A stretch of DNA of 64,000 bases, taken from contig CAVVOB010000022.1 of NCBI GenBank assembly GCA_963749655.1, positions 1-64,000 of the forward strand. The letters are read 5' to 3'. This document shows positions 12,973 through 23,885 of this stretch, one piece after another; position 1 is the stretch's first letter; each line of letters starts with the position of its first letter. The stretch is from Nitrospirota bacterium. GTDB lineage: Bacteria > Nitrospirota > UBA9217. The notes under the pieces are model-generated. The model ran no database searches. It had not been told where the DNA came from and saw only the letters and a list, made by a program, of their open reading frames with translations. The translations under genes and the position numbers were made by a program.

Positions 12973-14366
12973 ATGCAAACACGATTAGAGAAGGATTCTT
13001 TGGGCGAGCGGCCGATCCCGGCGGATGCGTATTACGGCATACAGACGGATCGCGCAATTGAGAATTTCCCGATCAGCGGTTTGAAACCAAAGCCTTCCTA
13101 CGTCGATGCGACAGTCCGCATCAAAAAAGCTGCCGCCAGGGTTAACAAGACCCTGGGTCTGCTCGATGGCCGAAGAGCCGATGCCATTGTCGGAGCCTGC
13201 GACGAAATTCTGAGCGGCAAATTACGGGAATGGTTTGTCGTCGATGTCTATCAGGCGGGTGCCGGCACATCCCACAACATGAACGCCAACGAGGTAATCG
13301 CCAACAGGGCCATCGAACTCCTGGGCGGGACAAAGGGGGATTACTCCGTCATCCATCCCAACGATCACGTAAACATGGCGCAATCGACCAACGACGTCTG
13401 TCCGACAGCCATCCGAATCAGCGCCATCCTCGGCACCCGGTTTTTATTGTCGTCTCTGCAGGAGGCAGAGAGCGCTTTTTCCGCAAAAGCGGAAGAATTC
13501 GACGGGATTGTCAAATCAGGCCGCACGCACCTGCAGGACGCCGTTCCAGTGCGCCTGGGTCAGGAATTCGGGGCATATGCGGTTTGCCTGCGCAAACATC
13601 GGGGAGTCAATCCGCAGAGCTTCAGAATCCAGCAAGGAACTTGGAATTGGCGGAACCGCAGTTGGAACGGGCGTCAACGCACATCCTCAATACCGTTCCA
13701 TGATGGTCCAGGAGCTGAGCCTGGATCTCGGGATCGACTTCCGTATGGCGGATGATTACTTCGAGGCCATGCAATCGCTGAGGCCTTTTGTGGAGCTTTC
13801 GGGCGCCGTCCGGTGCCTGGCTCAGGACCTGATCCGTATCGCAAATGATCTGAGACTTATGAGTTCCGGTCCTAAGACCGGATTTGCAGAAATCTCCTTG
13901 CCTGCCGTCCAGCCAGGGTCTTCGATAATGCCCGGCAAAGTGAATCCGGTCATGGCGGAGATGCTCGAACATGGTCTGTTTTCAGGCTATTGGCTGTGAC
14001 ACGACGATTCTTCTGGCCGCTCAGGCCGGGCAACTGGAGTTGAATGTCATGATGCCGGTAGTTGCATTCAACCTGCTCCACGAAATCGAGATTCTCAGCA
14101 ACGCCGTCGGCGCATTCGCGAAATTCTGCCTGACAGGCATCCAGGCCGATGCCAAGCGGTGCGAAGCGCTTGCCGAATCCAGCATGAGCATCGTAACGCT
14201 TTTGAATCCTCATATCGGATATGCGGCCGCCGCAGAAGTGGCTAAGGAATATCTCGCTTCCGGCAGGTCCATTGCCCAGATTGTTGAGGAAAAAGGCCTC
14301 CTGTCCAGGGAAAGGCTCAATGAAATCTTCGATTTGCGGAATATGACGGAGCCGGGCATCAAGTAG
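12973..14366 (+). CDS. aspA: Aspartate ammonia-lyase / class II fumarase family, frameshifted
   Basis: YYGIQT, GAGTSHNMNANE, HPNDHVN, GRTHLQDA and signature GSSIMPGKVNP. Confidence 0.85.
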
Positions 14367-14498
14367 TCGGTAGTCGCGCAGTCGATAGTCGCAGAACCTG
14401 ACAGCTATCGGCGGCTCAGCTGTCAGTCTACAGCTTGGAAGACAAAATATCGGGGATCGGGGTCGGCATCAGGATTTAGGCTTTGTTTTAGGCGGAAC

Positions 14499-14535
14499 CG
14501 GCGCCGGAGGCAATGCCCCCGGCGCCGATCTTTTC
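14499..14535. terminator. GC-rich hairpin between convergent aspA and fhs
   Basis: CGGCGCCGG...CCGGCGCCG followed by ATCTTTT. Confidence 0.6.
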
Positions 14536-14543
14536 AAAAGGAA

Positions 14544-16315
14544 CTAGAACACACCGGTAACCTTTCCGGTCTCCACATCTACGTCAACTCTTCTGTATGC
14601 AGGATCCGATGCGGTGCCCGGCATAAGGGTGATGTCCCCGGAAACCGGAACAACAAAGCCCGCACCCTTGTAGGTCAGGATGTCGCGGATCGGCAGCGTC
14701 CAGCCTTTGGGAGCTCCCTTGATGTTGGGATCATGGGAAAGGCTGAGATGAGTCTTAACCATGCACGTGCCAAGCTTGGCAAGCTCAGGATCTTTTTCCA
14801 TCTTGTTGAGCTTTGTCTTGGCCGCCGGCGTGTAGCTTACGCCATCTGCGCCATAGATTTCCTTGGCGATGGTTTCAATTCTCTTGCCGAGCGGCATATC
14901 GAGCTCATAGAGGAACTTGAAGTTGTTCGGCTCGTTGCAGGCGTCGATGACGGCATCGGTGAGTTCGAGTGCGCCGTCGCCGCCCTTCAGCCAGTGTTCG
15001 GAAACCGCGCAACTCTGGCGCCAATGGCTTCGACATTCTTCTTGATGCATGTCGATTTCGGCCTTGGTGTCCGTGTAGAACGAGTTGATGCAGACAACCG
15101 GGTTGATGCCGGCTTTCTTGACGTTCTCGATGTGTTTGAGAAGGTTGGCGCAGCCTTTTTCGACCAGTTCAACATTTTCCTGTTTGTAAACAGGATCCAG
15201 CGGTTTGCCCGGAGGAACGGGAGGGCCGCCGCCATGGCTCTTGAGAGCGCGAACGGTGGCAACCACAACGGCGCAATTCGGCTGTCAGTCCGGAGAAGCG
15301 GCATTTGAGGTTCCAGAATTTCTCGAAGCCGATGTCGGCGCCGAATCCGCTTTCGGTGAGGTGATAATCCGCAAGCTTAAGAGCCAGCTTGTCCGCCACG
15401 ATGGAGGATTGACCGATGGCGATGTTGGCAAACGGTCCGGCGTGAACAAAGATCGGCTGTCCTTCAATCGTCTGCAGCAGGTTCGGATTGATCGTATTGA
15501 CCATCCATGCGCACATGGCGCCATCCACTTCAAGGTCGGCGGTGGTGACGGGATCGCCCTTTTTGTTATACGCGACCACCATTTTGCCGATTCTTTCGCG
15601 CATGTCTTTGAGGCTGGTGGCAACGGCGAGAATCGCCATCAATTCGGAGCTTACGGCAATGGCGAATCCGGACTGCATCATGAAGCCGTCCATTCTTGCC
15701 GCCCTGGCCGATGGTGATGTTGCGCAGCGCCTGGGCACAGAAATCAATGACCCATTTCATTTCAACGTTTCTGTGATCGATATCCAGCCGTTTCAGGTTC
15801 TTGGATGCCAGGAAGGCATCGTCATTGATGTATTCATGCTGCATTCTGGAGGTGAGAGCTATCATTCCCAGGTTGTGCGCATTGATGATGTCGTTGATGT
15901 CGCCGGTCAATCCCAGGGAGAACGGGGTAAGAGGAATGCACTGAGCCAGTCCGCCGCCCGCTGCGCTTCCCTTGATATTCATGGTTGGTCCGCCCGAAGG
16001 CTGCCGGATTGCGCCGGTTACTTTCTTTCCGCGTTTTCCCAGGCCTTGAACCAAGCCCATGGTGGAAGTGCTTTTGCCTTCTCCGAGAGGAGTCGGGGTG
16101 ATAGCCGTAACGTCAATGTATTTGCCGTTCGGTTTGTCCTTTACTCTCTCCATTGCGGCTCGATAATCAACCTTGCCGTAATAATGTCCATAAGGAATCA
16201 ATTCCTTGTCTTTGATTCCAAGTCCTTCCGCAAGCTGCTGGACTGTCTTCATGTCTTTTTCGCATTCAAATGCGATCTGCCAGTCAGCAAGTTTAGTTGG
16301 ATCAAGCTTTGCCAT
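14544..16315 (-). CDS. fhs: Formate--tetrahydrofolate ligase, frameshifted
   Basis: [54 protein letters not shown] and MVKTHLSLS. Confidence 0.95.
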
Positions 16316-16607
16316 GTGCCATCCTCCGTAAGTTCTATTGGTCTTTCTTTTTTATGGTTTCTATGATGATACCGAGCCTCATGTCTTCCCGTCCATCCAG
16401 ATTGTTTCCCGTCCGGACGCTCCGGCATGATCGCAGCGAACGGCCCCGATATCCTCAAGGATACCGAGGCTGCCAGCCGGGCCATTATAATGGAAAATAA
16501 AACAAAGTCCATTTTTTGCTGGAAATAAAATTACCGCCGCCCTGGCGCGGATCTCTGCAGTGGAAATGGAACGAGCCTGTCATTTCATAGGCTGGTTCCG
16601 GCTCGAT

Positions 16608-17962
16608 TCAGAAACCGGTTTGCAGGAAATCCGGACTCACCTGGAGATTCAGAATCATCGGGAGTCCGGATCGAACTTCGGGCAGAAAACTGCAGTCCCC
16701 GCAGCCGGGAGGCAAACAGCCCGGCTCCCGCCAGACATAGAAGCGCTCCCACAAACATCGTCGCCGGCGCCCCTGCGTGCGTCGCAATTGCTCCGGCCAA
16801 GAAAAGAACCGAACGGCGTCATCCCCAAAAACATCCACACGTGCGTCGCCATGACGCGGCCGCGCAGGTGATCCGGGACCATGGTCTGGATCAGCGTATT
16901 TGTGCAAGTCATGGTCATCATGAAGGACATACCGACCAGGACAAGAAAGATTGCGGACAGCCAGAAATGGCGCGAAATGGAGAATAAAAAAAGCCCGGCG
17001 CCGAATCCTGTGCTCGCGTAGGCAACCAGTTTCCCGAGCCCTCGCGTACCGGACTTGGCAGCCAGCAGAGATCGAGCCGATTAGGGCGCCCAAATCCAGT
17101 CGCGCCCATCAGGATGCCGAGACCGCGCGGCCCGCCGTGAAGTATCTTGTCGGCGAAAATCGGCATGAGCACCGAGTACGGCATCCCGACGATGCTGAGC
17201 AACCCAAGCAACAGCAACAGCGCACGTAATGGGGCGAGTGCGACGCACAAAGTGGAATCCTTCCAGGACGTTGCTGATGGCGGATTCCTTGCGGTTGGTT
17301 CCCTCTTGCGCCTTCAGCTTCATAAGCAGCAGCCCGGCGATGACCGCCACATAGCTAATGCCATTGGCGAAGAAACACCACCCTTCCCCGATACCGGCAA
17401 TCACGATGCCCGCGACCGCCGGTCCCATAACCCGAGCTCCGTTGAAGATGGAAGAGTTGAGAGCGATCGCGTTCATGAGATCTTCTCTCTCCACCAGCTC
17501 AACAATAAATGCCTGTCGCGTCGGCATGTCGAAAGCGTTCACGACGCCCAACAGAGCCGAGAGGACGAAGATATGCCATATGCGCACCGTTCCCGTCAGC
17601 GTCAGAACGGACAAGGTCAGAGCAAGAATCATCGATGCCACCTGGGTTGCGATCACAACCCGATGGCGATTGTACCGGTCCGCTATGGTTCCGCCGACGA
17701 AGGCCAGGAGAAAAATCGGGATCTGGGATGCAAAACCGATGGCACCGAGCAGGAAGGAGGAACCTGTCAGGCGGTATACCAGCCAGGATTGAGCGATCAT
17801 CTGCATCCAGGTCCCGATGAGAGAAATAAGCTGGCCGGCGAAGAACAGGCGATAATTCCGATGGCGCAGGGCACGCAGGGCAGTTTTGAATTTCGACAGT
17901 CCTCCTCTCTGAGGAAGCTGCTTTCAGTACCGGCCGGAATCCAATGGTGTTATCTGTGTCAT
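16608..17962 (-). CDS. MFS transporter (MFS_3/DUF894-like), frameshifted; ends approximate
   Basis: RALRHRNYRLFFAGQ, WLVYRLTGS, GTIADRYNR, NAFDMPTRQ, NAIALNS and LRGRVM. Confidence 0.85.
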
Positions 17963-18044
17963 TCTGCGTGCAGTGTATCTCGCAATGCGTCTGATGGCCA
18001 GATGGAACTGACGGCCTCATCAATGCCAAAACCAAAATGTTCGG

Positions 18045-18150
18045 AATCGCTATCGGTATCGGATCGGATATCGCAATCGGGATTCGGATGGCAGATTTGT
18101 CGGTTTTTGATATAAAAGCCGATATCCGATAGCGATACCGATAGCGAACG
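18045..18150. repeat. Inverted arrays of short ATCGG/ATCGC-type repeats
   Basis: TCGCTATCGGTATCGGATCGGATATCG... mirrored by CGATATCCGATAGCGATACCGATAGCGA. Confidence 0.7.
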
Positions 18151-18200
18151 ATCTGATTTTGGAAAGTGCGGGACTTTAAATAAGGAGGGAATCTTCCGGG

Positions 18201-18242
18201 TTCTTCGAGTCTTAGAGAGAAATCACTCTAAGACTCGAAGAA
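18201..18242. terminator. Perfect 17-bp stem hairpin downstream of folD
   Basis: TTCTTCGAGTCTTAGAG-N8-CTCTAAGACTCGAAGAA. Confidence 0.6.
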
Positions 18243-18282
18243 CAGTGACGAAGCTACTGAATCAGGCCGGGTTGCCGGTTCG

Positions 18283-18871
18283 TTAAGCAATACCCAGCTT
18301 GAACTTGAGTGAATTCAGAGTGTTTTTCATGAGCATGGTGATGGTCATCGGCCCAACACCACCGGGAACCGGTGTAATCGAACCCGCGATCTCCTTGGCT
18401 TTTTCAAAATCGACGTCTCCGCGCAGGATTGCCACTTTCTTGCCGGTCTTTTCACTGATCTTTTCACCGACACGGTTGACGCCTACGTCGATGACACATG
18501 CGCCCGGCTTGATCCACTCAGGTTTCACGAGACCCGGGACTCCTGCCGCAACAATCAGGATGTCCGCACGGAGGCAATGGGAAGCCAGGTCCTTTGTGGC
18601 GGTGTGCACGATCGTCACGGTTGAATTTGCGCCGCGGGCTTTCTGGAGCATCATGTTTGCGATCGGCTTGCCTACGATATTGGACCGGCCGACAACGACC
18701 ACTTCCGCACCGTTTGTTTCGACTCCGGAACGCACGATCAGTTCCTGAATGCCGGCAGGCGTGCAAGGCGGGAATTTACACTCGCTCCCCCCGATCATGA
18801 GCTCTGCCCACATTGACAGGATGGAAACCGTCCACATCTTTGTCCGGGTCAATCGCATTGATCACCTTCTT
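18283..18871 (-). pseudogene. folD: Methylene-THF dehydrogenase/cyclohydrolase, 5'-truncated at the junction
   Basis: [20 protein letters not shown] (frameshift) [20 protein letters not shown] and [11 protein letters not shown]. Roughly the N-terminal third is absent. Confidence 0.9.
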
Positions 18872-20825
18872 GCACAGGAAAAATCACCCTATCTCCGCCA
18901 CGCTGCCGGCCAAAATGTCGACTGGTATCCGTGGTCCGAAGAAGCCTTTGAACGCGCGCGAAGGGAGCAGAAGCCCGTCTTCCTGAGCACCGGCGCCATG
19001 TGGTGCCATTGGTGCCACGTCATGGCCGCGGAATCCTTCGAGAGCGAGGAGACGACCCGCCTCATGAACGAGCTGTTCGTGAATGTCAAGCTCGATCGGG
19101 ACGAACGGCCGGACATCGACCGCAGGTACCAGCAGGCAGTCGCGGCCATGGGCGGCGGGAGCGGGTGGCCGCTTTCTGTTTTCCTGACCCCGGACAAGCA
19201 GCCCTTTTACGGGGGCACGTATTTCCCGCCCGGGCCGCGGCAGGGCAGGCCAGGCTTCCCGGACGTGCTCCGATCGGTCAGTAATTTCTACGGGACCAGG
19301 CGCGGCGATGCCGAGGGCTTCTCGCAGCGTGTCATGGAAGCCCTGCAGCAGGAAGCGTTCTCCCCCCGCGAACGTGACGGAAGAGCTTCTCGACGGGGCC
19401 GAGCGTGCAATGCTCGGCGCTGTTGACGAGGCACACGGCGGTTTCGGCGCTGCCCCCAAATTTCCCATGAGCAGCGCCCTGGATTTTCTGCTGCGCCGCT
19501 CCCTTTCGGACGGCGGCGGTCAGGCCCGCGACGCCGCACGCAGGATGCTCGACGCCATGGCGCGAGGCGGATTTCACGACCAGCTGGGCGGGGGATTCCA
19601 CCGCTATTCCGTCGATGAGGCCTGGATCATTCCGCATTTCGAAAAAATGGCCGACGATAATGCAGGCCTGCTCAGGAATTATGTGAACGGGTATGCATTG
19701 TTCGGCGATGAAGAGTATCGCCGTGCGGCAGAGGGCATCATCGGCTTCACCCGCGAGGTCCTTTCCGACCCGGCTGGTGGATTTTATTCAAGTCAGGACG
19801 CAGACGTGACGCCTGCTGACGAGGGAGGCTACTTTACCTGGACGGAAGAGGAGTTCCGCGATGCAGTTGACCCTGATGAATATAGTGTCCTCTCTGCTTA
19901 TTACCGCCATGACCCGGGAAGCATGCATCATGACCCGGAAAAGAAAGTGCTGTACCTGACGAATACCATGCAGCAGCTTGCCGACAGCCTCGGTAAGGAC
20001 GCAGGGGTCGTTCAACAAATGATCTCCCGCGGCAGGAAAAAACTTCTGGAATCGCGTTCGCGGCGCCAGGCGCCTTACGTCGATCGGACGCTCTATACCT
20101 CCCTGAACAGCATGCTCATCAGCTCCTATTTTCATGCCTATGCCGTGCTGGGCGACGATCAGGTCAGGGATTTCGCCGTCAGAAGCCTGGAGCGCATCCT
20201 GCGGGAGCGGTACGCGGGCCCCGCGCTGATGCATTCGGAGGACGTTCCCGCCGTGCTTGACGACTATGCCCATCTCATCGACGCCCTGCTGGCGGGGTAC
20301 GAGGCAGCGGCGGAGCCGCGCTATCTGTCCCTGGCCAAGGACCTGATGGGGGATTGTCTTGAAAAATTTTTCGACCGCGACCACGGGGGCTTCTTCGACA
20401 CCGCAGGCGAGGTTCTGGGAACGAGGCTCAAGAAGATCGAGGACATGCCGCAGCCGTCCGCAGGCGCCGTGGCGATCATGGGGCTCCTGAAACTTTCGCT
20501 GTTGACCGGGAAGGAAGAGTACCGCGGTCTTGCCGAACAATCGCTCAGGCTTTTTGCCGACTTTGCCCGTGAGATCGGCGTGCATGCAGGCGCTTATTTC
20601 TGCGCTCTCGATGCGTTGTTCCGCATGCTCAAGCTTACGATCGAGGCACTGCCCGACAGCGAGCTCGCCCGGGCCGCACGTTCCCTGTCCGGGAAAGCAT
20701 ACACGGCGATCACCTACGGCGAGGACAAGGGCCGGGTGATACCGTGCAAAGGTACGGCTTGCTTCGAGCCCGTAAGCGATCCGGCTGCGCTCCACAGTAT
20801 CAGCCTGGCTCTTCAGCAATCGTGA
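18869..20825 (+). CDS. Thioredoxin-domain protein YyaL/SPATA20 (DUF255); start codon missing, one frameshift
   Basis: [47 protein letters not shown] and PHFEKM. Confidence 0.9.
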
Positions 20826-21035
20826 TAAAGCAGATACATTTTAGGGCGATCGTTGCCCTCTCATCGGTCCTGAAAGCGCAAGATGCAGAGCATCCCTCAG
20901 GATCAAGGTCGCTTGCGTCAAAGCTTGCTGAAAAAGTAAAAGCCAAAAGCCGTCATTATCGCAGAGAAATTCCCTCTGCATCCTCTGTGGTGAAATGTTT
21001 TGATAGTTCCTCGGTAACGGAAAGGGCCATTCGAC

Positions 21036-21671
21036 ATGGTGACAAAAGATGAGTTTGTTAAACGGTTCCCTTCCTTCCGCCGCAGTCCGGACAGCCTGGT
21101 CAGCGACATCCTGGCATCGGGGACAACGGCCGTCTTCCCGGCGGGGAAACAGGTCTATGCGGAAGGCGACGTCTGTTCGGTCATTGCCTTTGTGCTGGGC
21201 GGCGAGGTCCGGGTGTACAAGGCGGCCCAGAGCGGCCGGGAGATCACCTTGTACGAGATCGGGGCAGGAGAGACCTGCATCCTGAACGCATCGTGCGTGC
21301 TCTCGGGGACCTCTTACCCCGCCTATGCCGTGACGGTCTCGGAAAGCAGCCTTCTGCTCGTTCCCACGCCCGTCTTCCGAAGACTGGTCGCCGAGCACGA
21401 GGACATGAGGAATTTTGTGTACGAGCTTTTGAGCCAGCGACTGTCCGCGGTCATGGAACTGGTCGAAGAGGTCGCCTTCGGCAGGATGGACGAGCGGCTC
21501 ATGGACTACCTCGTTGAAAAATCGGAGAACGATATTCTCGACACCACCCACCAGAAGATCGCCAACGACCTCGGCACCTCCCGGGAGGTCGTGAGCAGGC
21601 TGCTCAAGGACCTTGAGCGAAAGAGCATCGTCAGACTTTCCCGCAACTCGATCACCCTCCTTGGACGCTGA
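21036..21671 (+). CDS. Crp/Fnr family transcriptional regulator
   Basis: cNMP-binding fold (GREITLY..GETC) and HTH THQKIANDLGTSREVVSRLLK. Confidence 0.92.
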   Translation: MVTKDEFVKRFPSFRRSPDSLVSDILASGTTAVFPAGKQVYAEGDVCSVIAFVLGGEVRVYKAAQSGREITLYEIGAGETCILNASCVLSGTSYPAYAVTVSESSLLLVPTPVFRRLVAEHEDMRNFVYELLSQRLSAVMELVEEVAFGRMDERLMDYLVEKSENDILDTTHQKIANDLGTSREVVSRLLKDLERKSIVRLSRNSITLLGR

Positions 21672-21730
21672 TCCTCTTCTTCGTAATGCGTGAAGGGGCC
21701 GCGTCCCCCATTCGGACCGGCAAGCCCGTT

Positions 21731-21745
21731 TGTGACTAAGTCACA
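21731..21745. promoter_or_regulatory. Crp-like operator palindrome
   Basis: Perfect TGTGAC-TAA-GTCACA between the Crp gene and DUF2892. Confidence 0.6.
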
Positions 21746-21833
21746 GACGTCCGTATCCTGTTCTGGTATTGTTAGATCAGAGAACGGCGCAGCAATGCAG
21801 CCCATCATAACGATAGAATCGGAGGACGGTATC

Positions 21834-22025
21834 ATGAAAAAGAATGTCGGCGGTTTTGAACGGATGGTAAGAATTATCGGAGGAGCGGCGATTCTTTCAC
21901 TCGCTTTTGTAGGACCCCATACCCCCTGGGCTTATCTCGGGATTGTGCCGCTTGCCACGGGCTTTATCGGCTGGTGCCCGCCCTACGCGCTCCTCGGTTT
22001 TTCGACCTGCAGGAACTGCAAGTAG
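21834..22025 (+). CDS. DUF2892 (YgaP-like) small membrane protein
   Basis: MKKNVG..ER..R and GWCPPYALLGFSTC; GGAGG RBS. Confidence 0.9.
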   Translation: MKKNVGGFERMVRIIGGAAILSLAFVGPHTPWAYLGIVPLATGFIGWCPPYALLGFSTCRNCK

Positions 22026-22098
22026 CATCGGAGATGCGTTCAGATGATCTTCGATGAGTTCGGCAGTATACTATAAGAAAAAAGCAAGGAGGGGCCCC

Positions 22099-22275
22099 AT
22101 GGTGCTGAAAGAATGTATGACCTGCGAAACGGGCCTGGCTGAACTGTTCCGGGAGATCCGGCGTTTTTCAGCCGGCGCCTGTTTCAGCCCCGGATTGCGT
22201 CTGCGAAATTTCGAACGCGACTCGGGCGAAGCGGAGCGTGAATCGAGCGGGTCCGATCGCAGCAAAAACCAGTAA
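22099..22275 (+). CDS. Small hypothetical protein
   Basis: Strong AGGAGG RBS and a CxxC (CMTC); no family recognised. Confidence 0.35.
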   Translation: MVLKECMTCETGLAELFREIRRFSAGACFSPGLRLRNFERDSGEAERESSGSDRSKNQ

Positions 22276-22463
22276 TCCAATCCAGGGCGGCGCCAAACTG
22301 CCGCCTGGCGACCAAACTGTACCCCTGACAGGGCGCGTGGAACGAACAGCGCCCTGTTTTTTTGTCGTCTTCTGTGCCCGCCTTTCCGGAAGAGAATCCC
22401 CTTGACAGAAACCTGCAAAAAGGCAACAATAGTGCCTCGGCAATCTTTTGCCTAGCAGGACCC

Positions 22464-23744
22464 ATGACGAACGGCAGTCTCTTACCGAAGAATTACATAT
22501 CCTCTGGCGTGGCCGGGCTCGACAGCCTGATCGACGGGTTCTCCATCGGAGACAACGTCGTGTGGGAAGTGGAAGCCGGAACGGCCTACAGCGCCTTCAT
22601 CAGGAATTTTATCTCCCGGTCCTATCAGGACAGCCAGAAGGTCATTTACGTGAGCTTCAACCGTTCGCCCCAGACCGTTTTGAACGATCTTGCGGCGATC
22701 GTATCGGCGGAGCACTTTACGCTCGTCGACTGCTTCACCTCGGGCAAGGGAAAGAACGACAACACCTTTCTCAAGTTCTACGAAAAGGCGGTCCCCGGCG
22801 TGGTCCGCATCGAGGCGCCCCGGGACATCGACGGGTTCACCCTGACCCTGAACGCCATCGAGGACCGTCTGCCGCCGGGCGCGCGGTATGTGTTCGACAG
22901 CCTGACGGGCATGCAGGACCTCTGGGGCGACGAGAACGTCACGCACCGGTTCTTCACCTACATGTGCCCCCGGCTCTACGATCTGGGCACGGTCGCCTAC
23001 TGGATCGTGGAGAAGGAAGCCCACAGCCCGCGGTTCAAGGCAAACCTGCGGCACATCACGCAGGTCGTGTTCGACCTGTCGAAGCGGAAGAACAGCCTGT
23101 TCCTGAAGGCCCTGAAACTGGAGGGCAGGCAGGACCGGGAGGTGTTCAAACCCCATCAGTACGACATCCGCGACGAATCGGTGACGCTCACGTCGCCCAA
23201 GAAAGAACCTGCCACGGACATCGGCGGGAAGCTGAAGGAAGAGCGGATGCGGCTCGGCATGAGCCAGAAGGAGCTTGCCGACAAGGTCAGTTTAACGCCG
23301 AGCTTTCTTTCCCAGCTCGAGAACAACCAGGTAAGTCCGTCGCTCGGCACCTATCTCCAGCTGTGCCGGGCGCTCGGCATCAGTCCCGGCCAGTTCCTCG
23401 AGGGAGGCGGCGAAAGGCAGGAGACACCGTGGCTCCTGAGGCGGGAAGCAATGCTCTCCCGTCCTCCCGTGCGGGAGGATTACGCGCGGGTCTTCGAGGC
23501 GGCTTCGGGCAACAAGCTTTCCGCCCGGATCGTAACGCTGCCGCCGGGCGCGGCCATGAACCGGCATTTTTTTTACCACAAGGACGAAGAACTGGTTTAC
23601 ATCGTGGATGGAGATTTTTCCGTAACCATCGGGGGGAGGGAAGAGCGGGTCGGCAGCGGCGACATGATCTACCTCAAGGACAGCTTTCCCTCGCACTGGA
23701 AGAACGAAGGAGGTGATGAAGGGCACATTCTCGTAGTTTGGTAG
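22464..23744 (+). CDS. KaiC/RAD55-like ATPase-fold + XRE HTH + cupin regulator
   Basis: ISSGVAGLDSLIDG and YVFDSL (RecA-like); IGGKLKEER..MSQKELA..SFLSQLEN (XRE); EELVYIVDG..GDMIY..HW (cupin). Confidence 0.85.
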   Translation: MTNGSLLPKNYISSGVAGLDSLIDGFSIGDNVVWEVEAGTAYSAFIRNFISRSYQDSQKVIYVSFNRSPQTVLNDLAAIVSAEHFTLVDCFTSGKGKNDNTFLKFYEKAVPGVVRIEAPRDIDGFTLTLNAIEDRLPPGARYVFDSLTGMQDLWGDENVTHRFFTYMCPRLYDLGTVAYWIVEKEAHSPRFKANLRHITQVVFDLSKRKNSLFLKALKLEGRQDREVFKPHQYDIRDESVTLTSPKKEPATDIGGKLKEERMRLGMSQKELADKVSLTPSFLSQLENNQVSPSLGTYLQLCRALGISPGQFLEGGGERQETPWLLRREAMLSRPPVREDYARVFEAASGNKLSARIVTLPPGAAMNRHFFYHKDEELVYIVDGDFSVTIGGREERVGSGDMIYLKDSFPSHWKNEGGDEGHILVVW

Positions 23745-23885
23745 CAGGAAGCAATCGCAGGTCGTGCATCTGGGGAACGAGTGTTGAAATATGAACACGA
23801 GGGAAGCGCATTTTTTTTGCCTGATTGGTTAATCATCACTGAATTTCAGCGTGAAAAAATTACAATCACTTAATCGGAGGATGCC

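Noticed and set aside
16316-16560. THF or ZTP riboswitch upstream of fhs
   Set aside because: No conserved aptamer motifs are seen.
18749-19426. YyaL with a novel N-terminal extension
   Set aside because: The extension is the antisense of folD read across the junction.
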